From an uncultured Nitrospiraceae bacterium (GTDB lineage: Bacteria; Nitrospirota; Thermodesulfovibrionia; Thermodesulfovibrionales; Dissulfurispiraceae): DNA of 64,000 nucleotides. The notes below the pieces were generated by a model. That model was not told the DNA's origin. It worked only from the letters and a program-made list of their open reading frames with translations, and ran no database searches. The stretch lies in NCBI GenBank assembly GCA_963727805.1, contig CAVSHF010000003.1, forward strand, positions 640,001-704,000, written 5' to 3'. Position 1 is the stretch's first letter. Each line of letters begins with the position of its first letter. Shown piece by piece: positions 9,769 to 19,439 of the stretch. Position numbers and translations under genes: made by a program.

Positions 9769-10311
9769 ATGAAATTGTTTGCGAAAACCACGAGTATTTT
9801 ATTTCTAATATTATTCGCAGTATTTTCATGGGGCTGTGCTCATGTTGTTGAACCTCATGGACCTTGTGAAATCGGGACTGGCATACGGCCCCTTCAGACG
9901 GGGTATTCGGTCCAGCTTATTAATAATCAGCCCGATACAACACGCGTGTCATTTGCGAGTGCCGGTATACATACATATTTGGCGAATTATAATGAGTGGA
10001 CTCAATACTACATCGATCAACTATCCAATGAACTCACAAAGCGCAATGTCGTGGTATCTAATAAAAGTCCGAACGCTATAAGGATCACTTTGAGTCAGTT
10101 TTTAATGGCGAGATGGACGGGAAGAGGCACTATGACTATTAAATTGGAGACTGCTGACGGTAGGTGGTTTAAAGTTTATGAGGAATCTGAGACATCGGCG
10201 TGGGTCATAGAAACCGCATTTAACGGCGACGTGTGCCATTCAATAGAAATGATATCGAATGATCCAGAGGTGCTTGAAAAGATGCATGAGAGTGCGGCGG
10301 AGAAGAAATAA
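9769..10311 (+). CDS. Hypothetical lipoprotein (passenger gene)
   Basis: Signal peptide with lipobox-like SWGC; AAGGA RBS-like sequence upstream. Confidence 0.7.
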   Translation: MKLFAKTTSILFLILFAVFSWGCAHVVEPHGPCEIGTGIRPLQTGYSVQLINNQPDTTRVSFASAGIHTYLANYNEWTQYYIDQLSNELTKRNVVVSNKSPNAIRITLSQFLMARWTGRGTMTIKLETADGRWFKVYEESETSAWVIETAFNGDVCHSIEMISNDPEVLEKMHESAAEKK

Positions 10312-10611
10312 CTCACTATCTGCGTATCATCTCTACATCTCCGGATTTACTAAATTACCGTCCGGTACAGGCGATAAGTGCGATACGCCGAGGTCTCGAA
10401 GTTCTGCTTAAATCTCGGTTAATTGGTGGGGATAAGAGGTATGAGTCCTTCCTGAAATCCCTGCTTATCAACATATTGGGCAAAGTGCAAATTATTATCG
10501 CAAATCAACTGCGTGGCTATTCCACGCAGAAATAAGGCAACCCGATGAGATTAGGCAAGTATGAAGTCTAACCCTCATCGATGACGCGCTGTAGAATTAT
10601 CCCTTGATAGT

Positions 10612-11148
10612 TTATTTCAGTGTCTTTAGCCTCTCTATATTCTGTCTAATAGCTTTTGCATTAGGCACATTCGGATTAAGGAGGAGCACCTTTTCAAACT
10701 CGCTCACTGCAGTCTTATAATCTTTCTTATCTTCTGAGAGGACAACCCCCATATTCATATGAGCATATAAGTGGTTTGGATTTATGGTTAGGGCTTTTTT
10801 GTATTCCTTGATGGCGAGATCTGGGTTCCCAGAATTTTTAAAGCATGTGCCCATATCCACACGAACATCCACGTTATTCGGATCAAGTTCAAGAGCCTTT
10901 TCGTAAGCACCTACCGCCTCGTTGAATCTTGCCGAGTCCATCATCATGTCTCCAAGCTGTATCAAAGCATTCAAATTCTTCGGGTCTTTAGCGAGCACAT
11001 CTCTAAGGAGTTTTTCTTGTTCTAATGTCTTGCTAGTCAGAGAGCTACTCGGACTACCTGGTTGCGGTTGCTGAGGTTTTGCTTCTTCCTTCTGTTTGCA
11101 TGCGAAAACCACAAAAAACAATAATAAAATAACCAGTATCCTTTTCAT
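10612..11148 (-). CDS. TPR-repeat lipoprotein (passenger gene)
   Basis: Lipobox VFAC, a Gln/Pro/Ser linker and three to four TPR units (e.g. AYEKALELDPNN); GAGGTG RBS. Confidence 0.88.
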   Translation of the reverse strand: MKRILVILLLFFVVFACKQKEEAKPQQPQPGSPSSSLTSKTLEQEKLLRDVLAKDPKNLNALIQLGDMMMDSARFNEAVGAYEKALELDPNNVDVRVDMGTCFKNSGNPDLAIKEYKKALTINPNHLYAHMNMGVVLSEDKKDYKTAVSEFEKVLLLNPNVPNAKAIRQNIERLKTLK

Positions 11149-11415
11149 CTCATCACCTCTAAATAATTTGTAGTATTATAACAGGATATTGTTCGTCATT
11201 TATGTTCTATCAATTGGACTTAAGTCAGCGCTATTCGGATGTGTCTCCAATTAAGAAAAGGGAATATGCACGATGAGTTCTTCCTATAATCTTCGCTCTT
11301 GCAATACATTGGAGCACGTTTGTTAGATAATCATATAGAGGGGACCTCCCCGAGCATATCGGTTAGCGGTATGCTTGAGGTAAGAGAAACAATCTTAACC
11401 TTAAGGAGGTGCTGT

Positions 11416-11548
11416 ATGAGACTGTACACAGGTTTTGATCTTCATTCAAACAATTCATATGTGGGGATCATCGATGAGGATGGGCGAAGGCTATGGAAGA
11501 AGAAACTCCGGAACGATCCTAGTCTGATTTTAGAGACGCTCAGACCGG
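11416..11548 (+). pseudogene. IS110-family transposase N-terminal fragment
   Basis: MRLYTGFDLHSNNSYVGIIDEDG follows an AAGGAGG RBS and resembles the N-terminus of the intact IS110 at 55890. Similarity stops after ~44 codons. Confidence 0.8.
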
Positions 11549-11617
11549 TGTACTTGAGATCAGAAAGGTCGTATTTTTTGGGGCATAATGTCATCGCTAT
11601 GTTAAATCATCCCGTCT

Positions 11618-11713
11618 GGCGTCCGAACTAACTTGGAATAGGTGCCCGAACTGTATTGGAATGTGTATCCGAACTAAATCGGAACGGCTCTCCGAACCTG
11701 CCCGGAATTCCCA
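11618..11713. repeat. Right-end array of four 23-bp subterminal repeats, inverted relative to the left array
   Basis: CCGAAC core every 23 bp (gtccgaactaacttggaat, gcccgaactgtattggaat, atccgaactaaatcggaac, ctccgaacctgcccggaat), ending in CCCA. Confidence 0.87.
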
Positions 11714-11931
11714 ATATTCTAGCCTGTTCACAAAGGTGTTGATTTTTGATGTTCAAAAGACTTATATCCCTTATCAATAAATTGGTAGGGGATTTTTAGA
11801 CAGGTCGGCCTGCCGCGATGGGCCGAGATAATTATACAGTAAGCCCGATTAACTCTACCAGCGACTCCAAATAAGAAAATGTGGTATACTGAAATACATA
11901 GTATTGCTCTGTATTGCAAAAGGAGGTATTC

Positions 11932-12360
11932 ATGAAAAGCCATCAGAAAAGCTGGCGTATTAAAGACCCTATCATCAAGGGGATGGACATTGTACGCAAA
12001 ACCGACCAACCGGAAAACGCGCTTGCTAATGAGCTGCTTGACGAGGCCCTAAGGATGCGAATGCACCTTGGAATAGTCTTCGCCGAAGGGGTCACAGGAA
12101 GACGCGCTCGGATTGCGGGCACCGGAATAGAAGTATGGGAAGTTGTTGATGAGTATAAGGAAGCTGAGTGTGAGGAGGATTTGAAAGAGGCGTTTCCGCA
12201 TTTGACGGACAGGCAGCTCATTGCGGTCTACAAATATTACCGTGCATACCCTGAAGAGATTGACGAGTTGATAAAAATCAACGAGAATATCACTGCCGAA
12301 TCCGTCGCCGGGCTTTTTGCTTTTCGGAAGGAAGGACTTGGGGATGTTTCTGATCGATGA
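11932..12360 (+). CDS. DUF433-domain antitoxin (VapB45-like)
   Basis: GRRARIAGTGIEVWEVV and FPHLTDRQL..YYRAYPEEID; ATG at 11932 follows AGGAGG. Confidence 0.85.
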   Translation: MKSHQKSWRIKDPIIKGMDIVRKTDQPENALANELLDEALRMRMHLGIVFAEGVTGRRARIAGTGIEVWEVVDEYKEAECEEDLKEAFPHLTDRQLIAVYKYYRAYPEEIDELIKINENITAESVAGLFAFRKEGLGDVSDR

Positions 12361-12694
12361 GAACCTAAATGTGGGGATAGCCGAAGTCCTTAAGTCGAAT
12401 GGTATCGATGCAATTCATGTAAACACGCTAGGGCTGGCCGGTGCGTCAGATAGAGAAGTTCTCGATGAAGCCGCCCAGCAAAAGCGATGCGTTGTGACCC
12501 GCAACAGGAATGACTTCCTTGAGCTAACTAAACGTTTCTTCGGCGAGGGGCGTCCTCACCATGGTGTGCTTCTAGTCCCCAAGTCATACCGCCTCAAGGA
12601 TTATGCCAGAATAGCCCACGCCATCGCATGGATGGTCCACAATAACCCTCATGCCTTCCAGCAGTACGCCTTTCTGTTTCTGCCTCCACAGTAA
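12344..12694 (+). CDS. DUF5615 PIN-like toxin (VapC45-like)
   Basis: FLIDENL, GASDREVL, VVTRNRNDF and HHGV; overlaps the antitoxin stop codon. Confidence 0.85.
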   Translation: MFLIDENLNVGIAEVLKSNGIDAIHVNTLGLAGASDREVLDEAAQQKRCVVTRNRNDFLELTKRFFGEGRPHHGVLLVPKSYRLKDYARIAHAIAWMVHNNPHAFQQYAFLFLPPQ

Positions 12695-13722
12695 AACCAC
12701 AATTAAAGAATAATATTACAGGCTGAGGCTTTACGGTTATTTTTCTGCCAGCATCAACACCTTTGTGAACGGGCTAGGATGAATATTAGTACATATGATA
12801 TATTTTGGGTGATCGGATTACGTGTTGATTCAGACTTATTGCACTTTCGATTGCCCCCTCGGGCCATAAATGGTTCCCCAAACACTCTGGGATATAGAAG
12901 CCCAATGAATTCTGGCTGCAACAATAAAAGAAGTAGGCATTTTACAATTCCCAGTGTCAAAACGAATGGGACAGATTCCCCGAATATCCGTACTTCTTCG
13001 TCTTGCTCATATCGGTGACTCTCCCGTCAATCGTATATTTTAACCCTTGATAGTACTATTCATTATCTGGGTCAACCTCTGTATTCTGTGATGTTTGTCA
13101 CCAAATCTCCACATTCATAGTTTCGATGCTAATTTATATCTAGTAAACAACATAAAAAGTGGTATACTGATAGCATACTGAAAGTAGCAAACTACTACTA
13201 AATTGTATGATCTGTATAGATTTGGCTTTATTTAGAGATTCTCATTATATCGATTAGTGAAGAACATGCTGAGGCTGATTAAAGCACAGATAGAAACTCT
13301 ATGCCAATTAGACCTATTGGCTGCTCGCTTTCAGCATCTTATGTGATCATCAGAGAATTCTGATGTACAGGCACAGTTGGAATAGGGATATGTCCTTTTT
13401 CCTCTTCTTGATCGGATTTTAACTCTGATGTAATAGTATTGTAACAGCAAAGTGATATTGTCCTGACGTAATAGTCTCGATTTGCAACATTGGAACCTTC
13501 TCAGTTATCACTGATGTAACTGAGAGAGCGGAGCATTGCCTGAGATTGCGTTTATTATATCAATTGCGTTTAGGTTCATCGGCAAACCTTCAGATAACGA
13601 TGCACTTTCACTTTGCCTCTGATCATCATCAAATTATATTCACAACTATGCTATTTATGCATAATTCCCCGTTTATACGATTGCTCATAATTCCAATATT
13701 ATGTCTTTGAGGGAGAAAGCAG

Positions 13723-16497
13723 ATGCTTCGCAATAATATCTTGATAGTAGTATGTGTTCTTTTGCTAATCTCATGCTCGGGGAAGTCGAAAGATGAGTTG
13801 CTTTCCGAAGGGATCAAACTCTTAAACGCAAATAATCCGTCGGGTGCAATCGTCCTCCTTAAGAATGCCCTGGAGAAAGACCAGAACTTTCTTGAAGCCC
13901 GACATCAGCTGGCAAAGGCGTACATGGCTGCCGGCAAATTCGAACAAGCCGGCCAGGAATTCCAGAAACTCATGCGAATGGATCCTTCCCGGTCAGAGTT
14001 TCACCTCGCACTGGCCAGGTCTTATCTTTTCTCGAATAAAGCGAAAGATGCTCTCAGAGAAGTGAATCTCTATATCGAGACTCATCAGGCGAGTTCCGAG
14101 GCCCTTGAGATTCGTGGCTCTGCTTATACGGCAAACGGCAATCCTGCTGCCGGCGAAGAGGACCTTCTGCAGGCTCTCAGGATAGACCCCGCAAGGGCAT
14201 CAGCCAAGCTCGGGCTGGCATCCATCTATGAGCAGAGAGGGAAAACCGCTGATGCGGAATCCCTGCTTAATGAAGTAATAAGAAGCAATGAAAAGAACAT
14301 CAAAGCCTATTACATGCTTGCTGCTCTTCAGTCTTCGCTGACAAAGAGAGAACAGGCACTGCTGACCTATAAGAAGATTTTGCAGCTCGCCCCTGCTGAT
14401 AGCGAGCCACTTTACCGCTCCGGGCTGGTTTATGTCGACGGAAAAGAATATGAAAAGGCTAATCAGACAGCTGATGAACTTACTACAAAGTTTCCTCATG
14501 CACCCTCCGGAAGTCTTCTGAAGGGAATAATCGCCTTTTACAAGAATGACTTCAATGGATCGATAGTAGCACTCCGGCAGAGTATAGCCATCCGCCCCAC
14601 GATCGGGGCTTTCTATTTTTCAGGCATGGCCTTCTACAAACAGGGCCAGGATGAACTTGCCCTGAGCCAGTTTCAAAAGGTCCTTGATAACAGCCCCTCA
14701 AACATCGAGTCCCGGCTTTTCCTGGCACTGATTCATCTCAGGCAAAAACGCCCTGACAATGCTGTCTCCGAACTCAAAAAGATCCTGCAAGAGCATCCCG
14801 ATCATGCCATTGCCCACAACCTTCTCGGGAGTGCCTATTTGCAAAGCGGCATGAATGAGGAGGGCATGAAAGAGCTTAGTAAGGCATTAGAACTCGATCC
14901 CAAGCTGGCAGAAGCCCATATAAAGAAAGGCATGCTTAACCTGTCAAGCGGGAATTTCAAAGAAGCGGAAACGGAACTCAGAACCGCTGTTAGCGTGGCG
15001 CCTGAAGTCACTAATACGCGTCTTCTTCTTGCCTCTTATTACATGAAACAGCATGACTATTCCAGGGCATTCTCCACACTCAAAGAGGGCCTGTCGGGCA
15101 AGAAAAGCGACGCCCTGCTTTATAACAACATGGCTGCAGTGCTAACCATGCAGAAGAAGAGCTCCGAAGCTCTCTCCCTGCTGCAAAAGGCAAAGGAAAC
15201 AGACCCTGATTTCTTCGATACTTACTTCAATATCGCCCTTTACTACACGGTCACGGGTGACAATGACAAGGCCCTTAACGAATACCTGGAAGTATTGAAA
15301 CGGGATGCCCGTAATGTGCGCGCAATGTTAAGTATAGCTATGCTATTGGAGATACAGGGAAAGGAAAGCGAATCCGCTTCATATTTCGCCAAGGCAAAAG
15401 AAACAAAAGATTCCGCCGCCTACCTCGCCCACTCCTACCATTATGTCAGGAAACATGACACCCAAAATGCGCTTGCCGTACTCGACGACCTCCTCAAGCA
15501 GCAGCCTTCCCTGGCAGCAGCGCTGGAACTAAAAGGCAAAATCCTCTTTGGAGCACACAGATATAAAGAGGCTCTTGCCGTCTTCGACCAGCTCGAAGCA
15601 GCAACCCCCGACAAGGGCTTACCCGGGATCATCGATTCCTATATCGCAATGAAGGATTACGGCACGGCACTAAGGAAAATAGAGAGCAAGCTGGCGTCGA
15701 ATCCTGAAAATATGTGGCTTAGAGCACAAATGGCTCGTATCTATGTGCTCATGGGTGACGAAAATAAGGCCGTAGATAGCGCCAACAGGATTATCGGACC
15801 ATGGCGGAACTCGGCCTCAGGCTATATGGTCCTTGCATCCGTCTATGATCAGCTGAACAAACCGGACAGTGCTATAGAGGCATTGAAAAAAGGAATACAG
15901 GTAGATGGGAAGAATATCGAAGCACGCCTTAACCTCGGGCACATCTATGAGAAGAAGAAAGATTACTCATCGGCCATTGAGATGTATAGATCTGTATCAA
16001 AGATGAGACCGGATGCGGTACAAGCCTTTTTGGCGGAGGCTGCCGTTTATGAAAAGATGGGCAAAAATAATGAGGCTGTGAAAGAATACAATCATATACT
16101 CGAAAAGGCCGAGGATTACATTCCCGCGATGAATAATCTCGCATTTCTCTATCTGCAAGGATACGGCGGCAAGGAAAAGGCCCTCGAACTTGCCATAAGG
16201 GCCTACCGTGCAGCTCCCGAGACACCGCAGATAATGGACACCCTCGGGTACGCGCTCCTGAAGAACAACAGGCCCAAGGAGGCTTTCGAAATGCTCCGGA
16301 ATGCAAACATGTCGCTACCGGATGACCCTTCAGTGCAGTATCATCTGGCCCTGCTCTATAAGGAAAGCGGCGATGCCGGTCACGCTCGGGAATACGCTTC
16401 CCGGGCATTGAAATCGGGCGATTTCCCCGAAGCCAAAGAAGCTCGGCTTCTGCTTGACAGTCTTAACGGTGCCAATATAGGATTTAAAGCAAGGTGA
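13723..16497 (+). CDS. prsT: PEP-CTERM system TPR-repeat lipoprotein PrsT
   Basis: Lipobox LISC, 924 aa of TPRs and a C-terminal NNLAFL..DTLGY..YHLA..FPEAKEA; lies in an exosortase/prsKR context. Confidence 0.88.
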   Translation: MLRNNILIVVCVLLLISCSGKSKDELLSEGIKLLNANNPSGAIVLLKNALEKDQNFLEARHQLAKAYMAAGKFEQAGQEFQKLMRMDPSRSEFHLALARSYLFSNKAKDALREVNLYIETHQASSEALEIRGSAYTANGNPAAGEEDLLQALRIDPARASAKLGLASIYEQRGKTADAESLLNEVIRSNEKNIKAYYMLAALQSSLTKREQALLTYKKILQLAPADSEPLYRSGLVYVDGKEYEKANQTADELTTKFPHAPSGSLLKGIIAFYKNDFNGSIVALRQSIAIRPTIGAFYFSGMAFYKQGQDELALSQFQKVLDNSPSNIESRLFLALIHLRQKRPDNAVSELKKILQEHPDHAIAHNLLGSAYLQSGMNEEGMKELSKALELDPKLAEAHIKKGMLNLSSGNFKEAETELRTAVSVAPEVTNTRLLLASYYMKQHDYSRAFSTLKEGLSGKKSDALLYNNMAAVLTMQKKSSEALSLLQKAKETDPDFFDTYFNIALYYTVTGDNDKALNEYLEVLKRDARNVRAMLSIAMLLEIQGKESESASYFAKAKETKDSAAYLAHSYHYVRKHDTQNALAVLDDLLKQQPSLAAALELKGKILFGAHRYKEALAVFDQLEAATPDKGLPGIIDSYIAMKDYGTALRKIESKLASNPENMWLRAQMARIYVLMGDENKAVDSANRIIGPWRNSASGYMVLASVYDQLNKPDSAIEALKKGIQVDGKNIEARLNLGHIYEKKKDYSSAIEMYRSVSKMRPDAVQAFLAEAAVYEKMGKNNEAVKEYNHILEKAEDYIPAMNNLAFLYLQGYGGKEKALELAIRAYRAAPETPQIMDTLGYALLKNNRPKEAFEMLRNANMSLPDDPSVQYHLALLYKESGDAGHAREYASRALKSGDFPEAKEARLLLDSLNGANIGFKAR

Positions 16498-16652
16498 AGT
16501 TTTTCTTCATACATTTACGCTCATTCCTTGACCTTTTCAATACGGAGGAGGCATGAGAGTACTGCTTCTTTTTTTAACACCCGTATTGCTCTTTAGTCTG
16601 TCTATATTGTGAGCGTTGAATCAGGATTTATTAAGGAGGGAAGGACTGCAGC

Positions 16653-18203
16653 ATGACCTTATTTGAGATAAAACGATTTTGTGGGTTGATCCTCGGAAGA
16701 AAATATCTTGCCCTATCAGTCAGCCTCATTGTAATTTCCATTTTCACCTGGGGCGGTTATATATGGCCAAAAACGTATGAGGCCAATTCGACGGTTTTCA
16801 TACAACGCAGTACCATGATGGACCCACTGATGAAGGATATCGGCAAGGAAAACAGCATGGAGGAGCGTCTCAAAACCCTGCAGAACGGCCTGACAAGCCG
16901 TAATATTATGGAACGAGTAATAAAAAAACTTGATCTGGACGCAGAGGCAAAGACACCCACCAAGCTCCAAGGTCTTGTAGAAGGCATGCAAAAGGCGGTA
17001 ACGGTCACTGTCAAGAGTGGCAAAGGCAGCCGGGATGCCACCGATCTATTCATCATAGCCTACCAGGGATCGGATCCCAAAAGGGCAAGAGATGTCGTAA
17101 ATACCCTTGTCGAGGAATATATTTCAGAAAACCTTGGGTTCAGCAGGTCCGACGCTTATGGCGCCTATGAATTCATTCAGAACCAGCTCGTCGAATACAA
17201 AGCAAAGCTTGACCAGTCTGATAAAGACATAAGGGCATTCAGGGAGAAGAATCCCAATATATTGCCACAGAGCGAAACCGATTCGCAGTCGCGGGTGGAA
17301 GCCTATCAGATACAGAAAATAGATTCGGACATAAAGATCAAAGAGCTGACACGCAAAAGGGACTATCTCAAGAAGCAACTATCGGGAGAGAAAGATGTCC
17401 CAGCCGCCGCTACGAACGACAATGGATCACCTCAGGGCCGATTGAATTATCTTAAAAGGATGCTGGTCGTTCTGACGACTAAATATACGGCACAGCACCC
17501 TGAGGTCATAAAGACCAAGGCAGAGATCGAAGATCTGAAGCAACAGATCGCAAGCGCGAAAAAGGCCCCTGCCGGAACGGCCGAAGATGAAACCTCTACA
17601 ATGAACCCGGGACTGATGGAAAAGCTGGCCGAGACCGATGCGGAAATTGACGCATTAAAAACACGCTCTGATGAACTCATGAAGCAGCAACAGAAAGCAA
17701 AGGATGTTCGGGGCGGTATGCCCAAGGAACAGGAAGAGTGGACGAAACTGCAGAGGGACCGCAATGTGTACCAGAGCATCTATGACGACCTTCTTAAAAA
17801 ATTGGAAAACGCCAAGGTTTCCAAAGACCTGGAACTTACTGACAAGGTGTCAAACTTCAAGGTTGTGGACCCGGCGATCATACCGTTCGCACCGATAAAG
17901 CCCAATCGCGTAGCTCTTATCATTGCCGGGATATTTGTTGGGATAGCTGCCGGTATCGGATCCGTTTTGCTAGTCGGAAAACTTAAGCCTTTCTTCAAGG
18001 ACGCAAACGCGATCCAGGAGAGTCTGGGGCTGCGTGTGCTGGTCTCCGTTCCTTCAGTCATCGATAAAGGTGCGAATGCGGCAAAAAGAAAACTCGACAA
18101 TAAGATACTGATTGCATCAGCGGCATATTTAGGACTTATTCTTTTAGTGTTGATAAGGGAAGTGCTTTTCAAATATATGCGCATCAATCTTATCAGTTTT
18201 TAG
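16653..18203 (+). CDS. Polysaccharide chain-length determinant (Wzz/Wzc transmembrane activator, PEP-CTERM locus type)
   Basis: N- and C-terminal TM segments, coiled coil, KYTAQHPEVI and FKVVDPAIIP..PIKPNR. Confidence 0.88.
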   Translation: MTLFEIKRFCGLILGRKYLALSVSLIVISIFTWGGYIWPKTYEANSTVFIQRSTMMDPLMKDIGKENSMEERLKTLQNGLTSRNIMERVIKKLDLDAEAKTPTKLQGLVEGMQKAVTVTVKSGKGSRDATDLFIIAYQGSDPKRARDVVNTLVEEYISENLGFSRSDAYGAYEFIQNQLVEYKAKLDQSDKDIRAFREKNPNILPQSETDSQSRVEAYQIQKIDSDIKIKELTRKRDYLKKQLSGEKDVPAAATNDNGSPQGRLNYLKRMLVVLTTKYTAQHPEVIKTKAEIEDLKQQIASAKKAPAGTAEDETSTMNPGLMEKLAETDAEIDALKTRSDELMKQQQKAKDVRGGMPKEQEEWTKLQRDRNVYQSIYDDLLKKLENAKVSKDLELTDKVSNFKVVDPAIIPFAPIKPNRVALIIAGIFVGIAAGIGSVLLVGKLKPFFKDANAIQESLGLRVLVSVPSVIDKGANAAKRKLDNKILIASAAYLGLILLVLIREVLFKYMRINLISF

Positions 18204-18213
18204 GGGGTAAAGA

Positions 18214-19083
18214 GTGAGCAAGGTGGCAGAAGCACTTGAATTTGAGAAGCTATTGAGGGGATCGGACAAGAAGCCTGCAGCACCCTCCGGCGCTGTCATA
18301 AGACTTGCGCGAGAAACTGCGCAATTACCTGAAGTTCAAACCTCAAAACCAACCATTGATCCGGCAAAAGTGGATCGAAGTATAGTATGTATTACAGATC
18401 CAGACTCTCCCGGGGCTGAACAGTATCGCAAACTTAGGGCACAGATTCTCCCGGCGATGCGTCAGACTGCCAAGAGCACCCTCATGGTGACAAGCGCCGA
18501 TGTGGGGGAAGGCAAATCGATAACAGCTGTCAACCTTGCTATAGCCCTCGCTATGGAAATCGACCACACCGTTTTACTCGTCGACGCCGACTTGAGAAAA
18601 CCCTCGATACATACTTACCTTGGAATCAGGGTTGATTGGGGCCTGAGCGAATATCTCCAGGGCCTCGTCAGCATATCGGATTGCCTTATCAAGACCGGGA
18701 TTGGCAGGCTTGTCTTGCTGCCGGCCGGTAAACCACCACCCAATTCAGCTGAGCTTCTGTCGTCAAACAGGATGAAGAAACTTGCGCAGGAGATGAAGCA
18801 CCGGTATAACGACCGGCATATCATCTACGACTCACCGCCTATACTGGCATGCGCCGACACCATCTCGTTATGCAGCCATGCCGACGGAATCCTTCTGGTC
18901 ATACAGGCGGCGCGGACTTCCGAAAAAACTGTGAAAGAGGCCCTTGCTCTACTGCCTGGCAAACCCATCTTGGGCGTCGTTTACAATAATGTCCCAGATT
19001 TTATGTGCACAAGCCCCTATCCGCACGACTACTATCGTTACGGCAAGTGCACCGCATCTACCACGTCCGCTAACGGCGGATGA
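18214..19083 (+). CDS. Polysaccharide biosynthesis tyrosine autokinase (stand-alone BY-kinase)
   Basis: EQYRKLR, GEGKS, LLVDADLRKP, YDSPP and a C-terminal Tyr cluster PYPHDYYRY. Confidence 0.92.
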   Translation: MSKVAEALEFEKLLRGSDKKPAAPSGAVIRLARETAQLPEVQTSKPTIDPAKVDRSIVCITDPDSPGAEQYRKLRAQILPAMRQTAKSTLMVTSADVGEGKSITAVNLAIALAMEIDHTVLLVDADLRKPSIHTYLGIRVDWGLSEYLQGLVSISDCLIKTGIGRLVLLPAGKPPPNSAELLSSNRMKKLAQEMKHRYNDRHIIYDSPPILACADTISLCSHADGILLVIQAARTSEKTVKEALALLPGKPILGVVYNNVPDFMCTSPYPHDYYRYGKCTASTTSANGG

Positions 19084-19439
19084 AATCAGTAATACAAAAA
19101 CCTTTTTTTGCACCGAGCATTCTCCAACGGCTCCTCTTGCGGGGAAAACTGTAAAGAGAAACCTTAGAAATGCTTGCCGTCATGGATAGCATCCGGAAGG
19201 ATGCCCCTGGCCACATTTCGAAGGCTAAGCATACGGAAGCGACACATTCGAACAACAACTCGATGTCACATGACCAAAGAAGTGGAAAAGATGTTCTGCA
19301 GGCCCATCACCACAGAAAACCGCCGGACAGTGGATCACATGTACAGGTTTGGCAATAAAAAATAGGTATTTTGGAAAAAGATTATTCAGTTGATACTTCG
19401 ATAGAAAACATCAAACAACAGTTCTGAACAACGCACATC

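Larger units (their letters stand above)
7278..11713. mobile_element. Non-autonomous element with IS21-like ends, carrying passenger genes and no transposase
   Basis: TG...CA ends. Terminal inverted repeats are TGGATATTCCGGGCAGGTTCGGA (left, after removing the intron) and TGGGAATTCCGGGCAGGTTCGGA (right, reverse complement). Each end has four ~23-bp subterminal repeats. A 5-bp direct repeat ATATT flanks it at 7273-7277 and 11714-11718. Confidence 0.85.

Noticed and set aside
10542..10580. Hairpin containing GTCTAAC as an integron attC site
   Set aside because: The core sites are not in attC order and no integrase is present. It is more simply a hairpin between two convergent genes.
11299..11631. 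110-aa ORF as an intact gene
   Set aside because: Only its middle ~44 codons resemble an IS110 transposase; the rest is element end and unrelated sequence.
9425..11713. ~23-bp repeat arrays as a CRISPR array
   Set aside because: The units are abutting and degenerate with no unique spacers, and no cas genes are present. The two arrays are inverted and end in TG/CA with a target duplication, which fits transposon ends.
13570..13620. GGCAAACC upstream of prsT as a c-di-GMP-I riboswitch
   Set aside because: The GNRA-loop stem and the downstream GACGCAAAG-type elements are missing.
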